Source of the DNA: Eledone cirrhosa
Lineage: Eukaryota
Direction: 5' to 3'
Length of the DNA stretch: 64,000 nucleotides
NCBI GenBank assembly: GCA_964016885.1
Contig: OZ024745.1
Span: 98,394,001-98,458,000 of the forward strand
Shown in pieces: positions 44,033 to 57,275 of this stretch. The stretch's first letter is position 1. Each line of letters opens with the position of its first letter. The notes beneath the pieces are model-generated. The model did no database searches. It was not told where the DNA came from and worked only from the letters and a program-made list of their open reading frames with translations. The position numbers were made by a program, and so were the translations under genes.

Positions 44033-44447
44033 AATAATTGTTTCTACTTTTTGGCACAAGGCCAGCAATTATCCCAGTGCATTACTGCTACTTTATTTTA
44101 TCGACGCCGTAAGGATGAAAGACGAAGTTAACCTCGGCGGGATTTGAACTCAGACCGTAAAGGGACGTAACTCTATGCTGTAAAGCTTAGCGACCGACCC
44201 TCTACCGATACTGCCAATCCATCGTCCCTTTGTTATTAATATTAATTCTTATTAATAATTGTTTCTACTTTTTGGTACAAGGCCAGCAATTATCCCAGTG
44301 CATTACTCATGCTTCATTTTATCGACCCCGTAAGGATGAAAGGCAAAGTTAACCTCGGCGGGATTTGAACTCAGACCATGAAGGGACGTAACTCTCTGCT
44401 GCAAAGCTTGGCGTCCGACCCTCTATCGATACTGCTAATCCACCACT
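44033..44447 (-). mobile_element. Two tandem SINE copies on the minus strand
   Basis: Copies at about 44033-44228 and 44255-44447. Confidence 0.9.
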
Positions 44448-44647
44448 GCGAGAATGAAATAACACCACTTTCGTAGTTTCATCACCTAAAAGGTTTAGTA
44501 GAGGGCGAGACCAGTCGCAATTCTTTGTTCACTAATGCGACTGCGTCCTACACTGAAGTGGTGTTAGTGCCCAGATGATGACGACGTGGTCTTATGATAT
44601 TGGTATGTGTCTTCATGGAAGCTCATTACTGGAGGGCTCTCTATTCT

Positions 44648-44799
44648 TAAAAGGAAGAAAGCGGAATATGACTGTACTGGACAGTAACACACGACGGCCA
44701 CTATATGCCTATATATATATTTATAAATATATATATAGGCATATAGTGGCCGTCGTGTGTTACTGTCGAGTACAATCATATTCCGCTTTCTTCCTTTTA
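44648..44799. repeat. 152-bp loopless palindrome with 2 mismatches
   Basis: 76-bp arms centred on TTTA|TAAA (44723/44724). Confidence 0.95.
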
Positions 44800-44907
44800 C
44801 ATCCGGATGTGGCGCATGCGCAGACTGAGCACACAACACACACACAGAAACAAAATGGCGTAGGACAGAACAAAGGAGAGGCACAAAAACAAAGAAAAGA
44901 ATCCCCA

Positions 44908-44950
44908 GTCACTGAAGAGGTCACAGAATGTGTGACGAAAGAACTTTGAC
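44908..44950 (+). ncRNA. Minimal hammerhead ribozyme
   Basis: GTCA-CTGAAGA-GGTCACA-GAATG-TGTGAC-GAAA-GAACTT-TGAC: stem I GTCA/TGAC, stem II GTCACA/TGTGAC, CTT triplet. Confidence 0.7.
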
Positions 44951-45102
44951 AATATATAAACAACTATCTGGTTGTGGAACCAACCAACCAACCAGAAATT
45001 TATAAATTTGTAAATTTATAAATATTTAATAAATTAAATTGAAGTGAAAGCAACTGGTGCGTGTGTTTCTTATTGGCAACATGACCCTCCCAAAGTATAA
45101 CA

Positions 45103-45144
<42 letters not shown>

Positions 45145-45706
45145 ATGCTTGTATCTGTGTATGTGTATGTATGTACGCATGCATCTATGTATCTATGTAT
45201 GTATGCAGTCATGTGTGCATGCATCTATGTATACATGCATGTACGTACGCATGTGTACAAGCAACATGCAAATAGCTAAGGATATATATATGCGTGTGTG
45301 CGTGTGTGTGTGTGCGCGCATGCGTATATGTGTGTATACATACATACACAGAGGTGTATGTATGTAAATATATCTTCATGTGCCAATTTATCTAGCCACT
45401 CTGTAGACATTTGTACATGTGTGTATACATCTATGTGTGTGCATATATAGGAATGTCTATGTGTGTGTAAGTGAGTGTGTGAATCCGATTTACGCATGCG
45501 TGGCTTTAATAATCCAATAACTGCTCTCGTGTGTTTGTCTGTGTAAGTTAGTTTGTACGCAACGATTCATATGTTTGCATATATCCTGCAAATGATATAC
45601 GCAATACATGTATGTATGTATGTATGTATGTATGTATGTATGTATGTATGTATGTATGTATGTATGTATGTATGTATGTATGTATGTATGTAGGTATGTA
45701 TGTATG

Positions 45707-45775
<69 letters not shown>

Positions 45776-45804
45776 GGAAAAAATGAATATATATATATAT
45801 AAAA

Positions 45805-45846
<42 letters not shown>

Positions 45847-46401
45847 TTAGTTTAGCGAGGTTTTTTATATGAAATCGTGTGTCGAAACAAATACTGTTAT
45901 ACTTGGGGAGGGTCATATTTCTGTAATATTGCCAGAATTAATAACAGAACACACTCACTGTTTGGTTGGTTTTCGTTTCTCGCTGTCTTTTATATCTGTA
46001 ATCTAGCTTACTCGGTCCTCAATGTTGCCATTGACTGACCGACGGTCAAAAATATTACTGATACAATATAGACATAAACACATATATATAGTTTACATAA
46101 TTTACATAAATCGTTCGTTGCACATCTGCAACATCGTCAGTGGTGTTATATTTTCCTCCTGTTGTGTTGTATGTCTACGCCATTTTTTATTCAGTCTGTC
46201 TATATATTTATTTATTTATTTGCTTGTTTGTTTATTTTATTTTGTCTTCTTTGCGCATGCGTTTGCGTGTGTGTATAGTGTTATGTTTGCTGTGTGACTA
46301 GTGTGTATAGTGTTGTGTTTGCTGGGTGACTAGTGTGTGTTTATGTGCTTGTTGTTATTGTGCTTGTGTATGTATTTATTTATCTTATTTTATTTACTTA
46401 T

Positions 46402-48232
46402 TTATACTTCTCTTAGGTCAGTGTTGTTTGTTTGGGTGTTGTTGCTATTCCACTCATTCTTTCTGTTTAGCTTTGGTCTTCTAATTTCTATTTCACTGGC
46501 CTCTCTGATTTGCTTATCTGCTGGGTCATTTCTATGTTTAGATATTATTCTAATTTCTATGTTGTCTATGTTACCGTCATATTGTTGTCTAGCATGTTCG
46601 TATAGTACTGACCCGTTTTTTCGTCCTTTTAGTTCCCCCCAGTGTTGGTCTATCCTTTCACCTATGCTACGAGCTGTCTCACCTATGTATGTTGTTGTCA
46701 TGTTTCTGCAAGTACCCTCTGTACATCTTATGCTATAGACCACGTTTCTAGTTTTACAGTTTATCCGGGGGTTCACCTTACATATGATACATTTCCTATT
46801 GGTACAGTGGGTTTTCTTAAAAGGGTAGGTTTTGCTGATCAGGGATTTTATGGTGGTTCCTGGCTTTTCTACCACCTTTATTTTTAAGTGGGTCCTTCTC
46901 AGGGCCTTTCTACACTGGTTAGCTAATTTCCCTCCAGGGGTGGCGTCCACAAACATGACACTCTGGTATCTCTGGTTGTCGTACCATGATGTGGCTTTCC
47001 CTATCTTATGTCTAGCCCTATCTAAGCTATTCCATGATTTGCTCCTGTATAATGGGCAAATTCCTTTCATGTCCAGTTCTATGAGGGTCTTATACTTTTC
47101 CATGGCTCCTTCGTATACTCTGACTCTGTCTCTTTGGTTGTAGCCAGAGAACTGCATGCGGTTGATGAAGTGTTGGATGTGTCTTTCCATTTCTGTTGGG
47201 TCGCACATGCTGGACACATTCTTCATCACTCGTACCAAATCTGCGATCAGAATATTAAACTTAGCACTACTGGACATTGCTGAGTTTTTGAGTATCTGGT
47301 ATTTGGAGGCCATGGGTTTAGCATAGTGTGAGTGGAGAATTTGGGCTCTCTCGTCTATAGTGTTAATCCAGAGTTCTGTGTCTAATACAGGTAGTCTATT
47401 GTTAGGGTGTTTGGAAGGGAAGTCGATAGTTACAGTTATACTCTGGTGTATGGAATTAGCTATCTGCTGGATGCTTTCCATCGTGCTACGTTCTAAATCA
47501 AACTTGTTAGTGCTCTCTAGTGGGGGTGTTCTTATAACTATATTGATATCGTCTACATAACGAGAGTACATGATGAGGTCTATGGAGCTTTCATTAAGGA
47601 GATCTTTAAGTCTCCTTTCCCACCATACCATGAAAAGGTTGGCAACATCACCAGCTATGCTGACGCCGATGGCTGCTCCCTCATTTTGGGTGTAGATTTT
47701 CTCATTGAACTTAAATATGTGGCCCTTTAGGGTAGTTTTGATACTAGCCCCTATTGCATATGCGACCATTTTTCTTACCTGATCATTGTTTTGGGGGGTC
47801 CGTATAGCTTTGGTCCACCCAATCCACCTTCCCATGGGAGTCTTTTTTGCCATTGAGGTTATGGTGGGGGGGTCTACCTCTTATGGGTCTACTAGGGCAG
47901 AAACATCTAAGGTCATGGCTGTCTAGGTAGTCAGTGTCGTAGGTAAGTCTAAGTAGGAGGCCCAGTTCGTCTGTGTCGACGTCGCAGAACTCCACCTCAC
48001 TCTGAATAATCATCTCCACACATCTTTTCACAGCAAAATCAATGTTAATGGATGGGTACAGTGACACCACATCCATGCGGCCTATTATGCAGTTGGATAG
48101 GCTCTTGTTTTTGTTGCATTCATTGATTCTGCTGAGGAGGTCCTCTGTACTGTCACATACATCTGGGGACATCTTGATTATGGGGCGTATAACCATTGAG
48201 AGGAAGTAGGAGATCCTGTAGTTGCTAGCTAT
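46402..48232 (-). mobile_element. Penelope-like retroelement (Naiad-like), RT plus C-terminal GIY-YIG, 5'-truncated, one frameshift near 47865
   Basis: RT motifs MDVVSLYPSI, QNEGAAIGVSIAG and YSRYVDD; linker CTNRKCIIC; GIY-YIG CKTRNVVYSIRC...YIGETARSIGERIDQH...REASEI..PKLNRKNEW. The clade call is from motif recall only. Confidence 0.9.
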
Positions 48233-48318
48233 ATTAGCTAGCAACTACGGTTGAGTACTTCTAATCTATTGTAAAACTATATTCATTGATTAATCAATGA
48301 CCCTTGTTAAACTTTTGG

Positions 48319-48362
<44 letters not shown>

Positions 48363-48427
48363 TTAAATATAACATGCATACATACATATATACATAGATA
48401 CATACATACATACATACATATACATAC

Positions 48428-48895
48428 ATGGTGGCTGCCAACTCGTTTTCGTGTACGGCCACTACTTTATATCCATGTAGGAGAACCCCTACCGATGCGC
48501 TGAACGAGTGTGACTTTTTAGTCCAGCCAGCGACTTGAAAACTCTGGTACAAACACTACACTTGTGACAATTATTGACACAATGCTGGGCCCATGGTACC
48601 ATGTGACGACAAGTGCAGAGAGATCTCCAGATATAAAGCAATGCCTGTGCCGTGAAGTTTTTATAGTGAGCAAAGGTACTGCACAAAGCCAGTCCCACTC
48701 TCTTAACCAAGATGATATTTACCAAAAAGAAGAACAAGTCAACATCATTGGATACCATCAGGGCTGCAGGTGTTATATCAGAGTTTTCCTTCTCCTAGAA
48801 TTCTGCCTTGACAAAGGCTAAGGGGTCATCTCTCCCGGTGATTTTGGATGGCCATTGACTCTTAAGAGTTCCTTTGCCCTTTGACAGGTTTTGTT
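48428..48895 (-). mobile_element. Non-autonomous RTE-derived element, copy 4
   Basis: Encodes an intact C2H2-like tail CSVCTRVFKSLAGLKSHTRSAH*, typical of RTE ORF C-termini, followed by an (ATGT)n tail. Confidence 0.88.
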
Positions 48896-49192
48896 ATATA
48901 ACACTGCCCTCAACGGCACACAACTACAACAATTACAGTATATATATATATATTATACAGTATATATAGATATATATGTGTGTTGTATGTGTGCGTGTAT
49001 TTCATATGTTTGTGTAATTATGTATAGATGTGTGTATGTGTGTATGTATGAACGCATGTATGTGTTTTGCTATGTATATATGAATTTAGGCATATGTATT
49101 TATATACGAATATAGGCATGAATGTTTTCTTATAAGAATGTATATCCTTGTACGCATATATACATGAATAGTTACATGTTTGCCTATATATA

Positions 49193-49380
49193 AGGGCGGT
49201 GAATTGGCAGTATCGGTAGAGAGTCGGAGGCCATGCTTTCCAGCATAGTTACGTCCCTTTACGGTCTGAGTTCAAATCACGCCGAGGGTTACTTTGCCTT
49301 TCATCCTTACAGGGTCGATAAAATAAAGTACCAGTAATGCACTGGGTAATTGCTGGCCTTGTGCCTAAAGTAGAAACAAT

Positions 49381-49385
<5 letters not shown>
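49193..49385 (+). mobile_element. tRNA-derived SINE, full length
   Basis: A-box TGGCAGTATCGGTAG, B-box GAGTTCAAATC and the family tail. Confidence 0.9.
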
Positions 49386-49418
<33 letters not shown>

Positions 49419-49483
49419 CATAGGAGAAAATCAATACACAGTACATCATTGTATAACCATGCATACACCCCCTCATACACACG

Positions 49484-49536
<53 letters not shown>

Positions 49537-50151
49537 GTGTATGAGGGGTGTATGCATGGTTATACAATGATGTACTGTGTATTGATTTTCTCCTATGCAA
49601 ATATGCATGCTTGACTGTACACACGCTGGCGTAATTGTATATATATGTGTGTGTGTTAATGCATATGTGTGAGTATACGTTAAATCTATACGTGTCTATA
49701 TTACTTAATAGAGACACGTAACTAATTCTATCATTCAACTTAGAGCACACCTATGTTATACCCATTATTAACATATCAACATGACGCCACTCTAATGCTA
49801 TTTTATCAGATATCCAAATCGCCATGAACAATTCACACTGTGTTGTTATTTCCTTCATGAAAATAACATTGGGATTTTCCTTATATATATTCTATTATAT
49901 ATCCTCACGATATATCATGATCAAATATTACCTTTATCAGATATCTTTGTCAAACGTCTTCATGAGATAGCTTTGTGCTATATCTTTATTGTATATCATA
50001 TATCTAAATATACTTAGGAGATATCTTTATGTAGTATCTTCAAAAGACATCTTTATGAAATATCCTTATCAAGCAGTTTGTGATAGATCTTTATCAGATG
50101 TTTCCATGTGATAACTTTTTTAATCAAATATACACATATATAAATATATAT

Positions 50152-50181
<30 letters not shown>

Positions 50182-50182
<1 letters not shown>

Positions 50183-50786
50183 GTTAGGGAAGCAGAAAAT
50201 TGCTTATTGTAATCCAGTTCGTGGTTAAGACAGCCAGTTTCATGGACGGTTTCAACGTACGGTTAGGGGTAACTCCACAAGTTTGTAAGAATCACGTTCA
50301 ATCTTGGAGTGTAAAGGATAAAAGAGAAAACACAGCTAAGCATTAAAAAAAGGATTTTATCCAGGTATTTACGACCGTTTCATTGGTAAGTGCAACCTTA
50401 TATTGCTATACTGCAAATCGCAACCACTCAATAATAATTGTTGTACACGTCCAAATTTTCAAAATAGTGAATAAGTCACTCTTAACAAGTTCTTAATACA
50501 TAAAAAAACATTTTTTGGAATTGTATTTGCTAGTATAGAGAGAGAGGAAGAGGAATTAGAAAGTAGAGGGACAAAGGGAGTAGTATAGAGAGAGAGAGGA
50601 AGGGGGAGAAGAATTAGGAAGTAGGGTGACAAACTGAGATGGGGGAGGGGTAGAGGTGGAAGGAATCATTGATCAGTTTTGATATATGTAGACATGATGT
50701 CGTCGATTTAGAGTGTAGTGAGTTAAAGAGAATTAAATTGTTTATAGTGGGAGGGATGGATAGAGAGAGAAAGAGCGAGAGGGGGG

Positions 50787-50823
<37 letters not shown>

Positions 50824-53325
50824 TAAATAAATAAATAAAATAAAGAGGGGGGGGGGGAGAAAAGAAAAGACATCAAAAAAAAAGGGAGAGAAGAGAGGAA
50901 GAAAACAAAAAGAAATAGAAAAGGAATGAAGGAGAAGGGAGGGATATAGGTATTGGTTTTTGTGGGTAATTAAATGGGTTGTATACAATAAGAGGGTAGA
51001 AAGACTAAGTATATGCAGTTTGTCAGGTGGTAATAAGAGGTTAAGTGTTCGATTTGCACTTGTAGTGCGAAAACTTTTCTTTGAGTCTATGGTTACAATA
51101 AATCGATCTTTCGATTTTATTGTTGAGTAACTTATTCTTAGAACTCAAAATGTGGAACAGCTCAAGGTCACATAATCGACAGCTTCTCATACCACTCCGA
51201 TATGGGGACGCGTTCGATAATTTTTTCCACTTCAGGGTGTATTGGTGGTTACTTTCCCTCAGTTGCCAGGTCTTGTTCGCAAGGGTAGTTACATAACGAT
51301 GCTGGGAATGTTTCATTGCGTAACGGTGTGTATAGCAACGAGCTTTAAATGTATTCCCAGTCGCTCCGATGTAATACCATTTCTGGTTGTCTGATTCCAC
51401 TGTGCATTGGTAAACCAGGTTAGACTGCATACATTCGTTATGTAATGGACAGGTTTCAGGTAGGTGGCAATTACAATTCTTGTCATGGGCAACCTTGGCA
51501 TTATTAGTGGGCTGCGATGCCTGTATAAGTGTGTTACGTCTTGTTTGCCTATTAGTGGGTGGTTGTGTATTAGATATTCTGTTGTGTTCAATGGTAATTG
51601 TATTGTTATTGTTATAAATTTGTGTTCTGGTGTTGTTACGTATCTTTTTAGCGTTAAGCATCTTAATGTGTGCCTCTATGTTTGGTGCCGTGGAGTAAGA
51701 TAGTCTGATAGATTTAGTGTTAAGGATTTTGCTGTATCTATGTGAATCTGGAAAGCGCTTATTTATTATTCTAAAGAAGGTAGAGGGTAGGTTAGTACTA
51801 ATAGAGCTGTTAAATATGGGGGTTATACCAAATATATTTTCTATTGCGTGACCTGCTTGATTTCGATGTTGTATTTCTATTTTCATTATAATTTGTAGTT
51901 CTATGCGTAAATGTGTGTGTGCGTGTGTTTCTGGAGTTTGTGTTATGCGTGTTCGTGTGTGCTTTGCGGAGGCTTTCATCTATATATTCTACTCTATCTA
52001 AGTGGCCTGCCTTGTCTAGTGCGGTATTGTAGTACTCTGCATGTTCCTCGAAGATTTGTTGGTTAGACGAGAGGCGGGAGATCCTAAGGAATATGCTGCG
52101 CAGAACGGATTTAATTATGGATAGTGGGTGGTTCGAATTACAGTTGATGTATGCTAAGTTTTCATTAATCTTGTGAAAAGGTCTTACAAGTCCCGTATTT
52201 ATGTTAAGCGTCGCGTCTAGAAAGTTAACTATTTTAGTGCTATATTCACACGTTATGCTAAGGCCCAGTTTCCCGATAGTCTTTCTAATATTCTTACGCA
52301 GTCTTTCTATGCTCTGGTTATTTAGGTTCTTAACCAGGAGAAGGGCGTCGTCTCTGTTGATTCCACCGTGAAGGTCGCTAAACTCCCTCTGTAAATTATG
52401 GGCTATGTAAATACCTACTAAATCTGTGACTTGAGCCGAGTCATTAGCCCCCATCGTGATGTCGAAGTTATTTAATCTATCTTTACGTTCCCAATAGGCG
52501 TTTTCAAATTTAATTATTGTTTTCATAGCAGCTAATATAATGTTTATCTCGTCGTCTGTCAGGTCAGAATTGGCTTTGGCGAATGCTAAGGCTTTATCCA
52601 AGGTGTTGGGAGATATAGAGGAGTAATAGTCATTAATGTCAAATTGTATAAACTTAGATACTTTTTTGTTAGCTATATTGTTAAACCATTTAATTGTTTC
52701 GGTAGTGTTACCCCATAGTTTAATTACTAGTTTATTTTCATTTGTGCTATCACTCTATCTAATATATGTTTACTAATTTTCCCAATGTCCGATTTGGACG
52801 GGCATATAAGTCTAATTGTGGGGTTATAATCAAAATTTACCGTATTGGCCTTGAGATTAAATGTGGGGGTACATGGCGTAAGTGGCTCCGTTCTGTCCTC
52901 TATTCCTAGGCGTTTGACTATATTGTGTGCCTAGTTGTTGATGTTTATCAGTGCCGTCTCGTTAGTTTTTTTTTGTATTTCCTATGTAATTCCTTCCGTA
53001 TGAAGCTATTGTATGTATTAATATCCATCGTATACACATTTGAGGTTTTGTCCGCTTTGACAATAATTCCATTGGTGGTTCGCAGCTTTTTAAGGAATGT
53101 ATTCATGTCATTCTGGAGTTTATTATTCCTCCGCTTTTTTAATTTGATATTCATAATCATCTTCAGTAAGTCCTGTTCAAAGGCATCTAGTTGAGGGTTG
53201 GTAGGTGGGTTCCTACATGATTTGAAGCCATATGCTTCCTTGTCGCATTCCACGGTGCGACCGTTACGTCCTTTGTCGAAATGGAAAGTTTTCCATCTAA
53301 CCCGGCGTATGAAGTCGTTTGTTCG
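50182..53325 (-). mobile_element. Penelope-like retroelement (Hydra-like), near-complete frameshifted ORF at 51041-53325 plus 3' region
   Basis: FIRRVRWK..YGFKS..PP, VKADKTSNVY, FDINDYYSSI, FDITMGANDSAQVTDLVG, NRDD, NFLDATL, WYNP, CNC..CPL..C, LVYQC..YYIGAT..FKAR, CRLCDLE. Both flanks are (TA)n. The 3' boundary is approximate. Confidence 0.9.
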
Positions 53326-53470
53326 CTATATATATAATAATAATATCATTTATAGTTGTGTATACACTGTATACAACTATAAAGAGGAAAGGTCAGTAGT
53401 TTATTACTACCTTATTATCAGTAAGAAAAATAGCTCAATGTAAATACATGAGATGTTTTACAGAGCCGCA

Positions 53471-55336
53471 ATATAAATTACACAATAATCAAAGCTATGT
53501 TCAAATCATTTTATTGCTGACAATCGTTTCTTCCAAACTATCGTTTGGAATCATCGGAGCAGTAATCAAAGACATCATTTACTCATTGCACGGTCAACAT
53601 AAACAACTCTTCTAAAACATATATAGGTTCAACTTCAAACTGCTTCAAGACGAGATATAACTCGCATCTCAACACTTTCAAAAATCGCAATCTAGCCAAC
53701 TCTACTTCTTTATCTAGCTATATACACTCTCTGAAAACTATGAATAAACCATATACACTTCAATGGGTGATAGTAGATAGGGCCGCATCGTATAAACCAC
53801 CAAATAAATTATGTAACCTCTGTCTTCTAGAGACCCGAACAATAATCTATTCTAAGCTAGACCTCCTAAATAGAAAGTCAGAGGTTTTTTCAATGTGCCA
53901 GCACTACCACAGACACTCTTTTCATAGCTTTAAACCTAGCTGCTAATATATAACAATGTCAGATCTGAGTTTATCATCACCATTAACACCCCACTCTTGG
54001 TATTATCGGCATATAAGTACCCCCACAGCATCTCACTCTTTGATCAGCTCATCACTCTACTTAACTCCTTTTTTCTCTAACTTTATACTATACAATAACT
54101 ATTTAGAATAAACACAAAGCTAACACCATTTAATATAACCTATAGCTTGCTTATATTATATTCTGTAATGGATAGATAATAATATGATGAGACACTTAAT
54201 GTAGTATAGAAATATAAATTATATTTATAATTAAATATATAAATTAATAGCATTATATATATGGGATTCACTTATAACATAATATAATGTATATTAATAG
54301 CACAAGAGATTTAACTAATTAGACCTGTAAACAACTATACATTTTTTCCTGTAACTTTGTTATACTTTATTAAGTAATGAATAGATAACAATATAATGAG
54401 ACCTTTAATGTATTATAGGAAAATAGATTCTATTCAAAATTAAATATAAACTAATAGCATTATATAAAAGGGATTCACTTGTAATATAATGTATATCAAC
54501 ACAAAGATTTTAGCAGATTGGAGCTGTAAACAACTTTACATTTTTCTAATTCCTATCATATACAATGTAATCGCTAGTTACCTCCCCTTTCGTATTAGCT
54601 CCCCTTAATATAGATCAAACTCACTTCCGGAAATTAAACCATTAGTAAAATCACTCCACAGAAACTTAAAACCCTGATAGCAATATAATAAGACCGGTGT
54701 ACAATCCATGGCTGTGACTGATTAAAAACATTCACTAAAATAAAACATAGCCAATGTAATGGAAAAGATAAAAATAACATTGATACTCTCAGCACATATA
54801 CATTTGAACATTACAGAAACAACAGTCACACTACATCCACCATAAAAACATAGTTTTATTACAAAAACAGCTTTGCCTTATATGCTTATTTCATGTCTTG
54901 CAAAAAATTATATATGCCTAATACCATTGCTTGTTTTCTTCATATGACTAATGCATTTGCACTCTCTTAACGCTTGCATATGTACTGCTAGTGTCCTCGT
55001 TTTACGTTTATGCCTCTTTAATTGTTATACTATTTCCTTATAATCTCTGTCGCTTGCAATCCACTCTGGACATTTATAATTTTTTATTTTTTTATTTTTT
55101 ATTTGTAATTTTAATTATTGTACAATTCTCTTGTAATCTATGTCACACCCATTCCACTGTGTAAATACGAAACTGTTGACAACGTTAATATCCATGTATC
55201 TATATGATTGTTCAGTTGAATAGGAGGTTAATCATATGTACAAACATTGGTACTGGTCCGATGATTCCAAACGATAGTTTGGAAGAAACGATTGTCAGCA
55301 ATAAAATGATTTGAACATAGCTTTGATTATTGTGTA

Positions 55337-55345
<9 letters not shown>
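53471..55345 (+). mobile_element. 5'-truncated Hydra-like PLE with inverted partial pseudo-LTR
   Basis: 53570-53946 encodes the GIY-YIG C-terminus (YIGSTSNCFKTRYNSH...LQW..CNLCLLE..LLNRKSE). 53471-53564 is the reverse complement of 55251-55345. An internal degenerate duplication lies at about 54165 and 54375. Confidence 0.88.
55251..55300 (+). ncRNA. Hammerhead ribozyme variant with CCGATGA core; inverted copy at 53515-53564
   Basis: CCGATGA-TTCCAAAC-GATA-GTTTGGAA-GAAAC-GATT-GTC-AGCA. The inverted copy has a perfect stem I (TGCT/AGCA). Confidence 0.7.
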
Positions 55346-55379
<34 letters not shown>

Positions 55380-55390
<11 letters not shown>

Positions 55391-56269
55391 GAAATTGTCT
55401 CTGTGTGTGTGTCCCCTAATTTTTGCAAAGTCTATACAAATCCACATTTCTACTCCGATTGACTTCAAACTTATATTTATATATTCCTTACGGTCTAACG
55501 ATATTAACTGCTGCGTTTACTTTTCAATTTTCTGTTGTTAAAGGGGTGTTAGGCGCCGGTTACCGATCTCTCTGTCTTTCATAGTCTGTCTTTTTAGATA
55601 GATACATAGCCATAACGTCGCGCCCTTATAATATCTGTCTGTATGTCTGGCTGTCTGCATTACTACATTATGACAAACATTGTTCTCATTGATGACGTAT
55701 TATCTTCGCTATTTTCCGTTCATTGACACGGAACGTCTTCACGAACCAAAGTATCGTCTTCCTGTTTTCCTTCGGTTGCAACGTTTTTCGAAATATTTAC
55801 TTCTGCGTTCACAGATTGATTTTTTTAGTTTCAGAAGATCCCGTTAACGGTGAAAGCACACGTTGTAAGCAATGTCAATGTTACTGTTGCTACATAGGAC
55901 TCCCATTACCACTGAACTTTCACCTTACTGCTACGTCTACGCCTTACTGCTATGACACTAGAACCTTCTGCCAACTTAACCTGTTACTTTCTCTTTAACA
56001 TGTACTCCAATGGGCCAAAACAGAGTGGAAACGCCGGGGGTCAGCTGTCACAGAAGGAGTATAAAAAGAAGGGGTTCAACAATATTTCTATGAACAATGC
56101 ACGTAGACAGCTAAACTGTACTTTCAACTTCTTAATTTTCTCCAAATAAAACAAGTTTCCTGTCGGTATATTTTCGCGAGTTTTTAACAGGCACTCACAA
56201 ATAAACGTTTCTCATTGGAGGTGCTATTACCAATGTTCTTACCTGTGCAACGCCGGGATAAACTGCTAG
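55380..56269 (+). mobile_element. Non-autonomous Helitron
   Basis: 3' end CCTGTGCAACGCCGGG..CTAG|T. Shares about 280 bp with 37600-37850. Lies in (TA)n. Confidence 0.85.
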
Positions 56270-56306
<37 letters not shown>

Positions 56307-56484
56307 GCATACACATATATATATACATATATATACATATATATATACAAACATATATATATGTGTGTGTGTGTTTGTGTGTGTGTGCGCGTGTGTGTAT
56401 GTGTGTATATGTATGTATATGTATATGTATATATATACACATATACATATACATATATATATATATATATATAAATATAAATAT

Positions 56485-56976
56485 ATAACGCACTAGAGTA
56501 CTCGATACTTAGGGTAGAAGTGTGGATAATAGGAAAAGAGTCAGGACCCCGACGCTTGAGCTCCGGCCTTTTGAACAGCTAGATCCGAACTAAACTCCCT
56601 TCCTTTTGTTCTACAGGCAAGTTCAGCCACCACCACCACCCGCCGCTATGAACGAATTTAACTATGTATATGACATCCCAAAATGATTGACCACTCTCCG
56701 TGCCAGAAAAGAAAAAAAACAATTTTTAAGATTGTTCGATATCATACTTCTACTATGTTTTGATTGCATGCCCATATAAGGACTGTACCCCCTTAATAAG
56801 TTCAGCTAGGTCCCTACCGTCTTAATACTACTGGTTTAGTTCGGATCTAGCTGTCGAAACGGCCGGAGATCAGCCGTCGTGGTCCTGACTCTTTTCCTAT
56901 TATCCACTCTACTACCCTAAGTATCGAGTACTCTGGTGCGTTAGGGTCCACCTGGTTTCTTACCACACTTTCTTTG

Positions 56977-56978
<2 letters not shown>
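56485..56978 (+). mobile_element. PLE pseudo-LTR remnant with about 110-bp inverted repeat and a decayed full-size hammerhead
   Basis: 56485-56597 is the reverse complement of 56835-56945. 56786-56885 reads ACCCC-TTAATAAG (transition-decayed CTGATGAG), stem II CAGCTAGGTCC/GGATCTAGCTG, GAAAC-GGC..GCC-GTC-GTGGT. Confidence 0.65.
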
Positions 56979-57013
<35 letters not shown>

Positions 57014-57104
57014 CCATTATATTAGCCATATGTGTAGTGATAATGATGGTTTCCTGACTAATTATAAAGGTAATGATAATTGTATCAGTTATATTATATA
57101 TTAA

Positions 57105-57275
57105 TGATAACTGTTTCTATTTTTGGCACAAGGCCAGCAATATTCCCAATGCATTACTGGTACTTTATTTTATCGACCCCGTAAGGATGAAAGGCAAAGT
57201 TAACCTCGATGGGATTTGAACTCAGACCGTAAAGGGGCGTAACTCTCTGCCACAGAGCATGGCGCCCGACCCTCT
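57105..57275 (-). mobile_element. tRNA-derived SINE
   Basis: Reverse complement of the family consensus. Confidence 0.88.

Noticed and set aside
45950-46400. SECIS element or selenocysteine recoding in the Naiad-like PLE
   Set aside because: There is no in-frame UGA in the retained ORF and no convincing SECIS fold by eye.
48489-48570. Host C2H2 zinc-finger gene
   Set aside because: It is a single finger within a four-copy repeat and matches the C-terminal tail of RTE ORFs.
50240-50310. Hammerhead in the 3' region of the Hydra-like PLE (minus strand AACGT..ACGTT-GAAAC-C-GTC)
   Set aside because: The CUGANGA half of the core is not recognisable.
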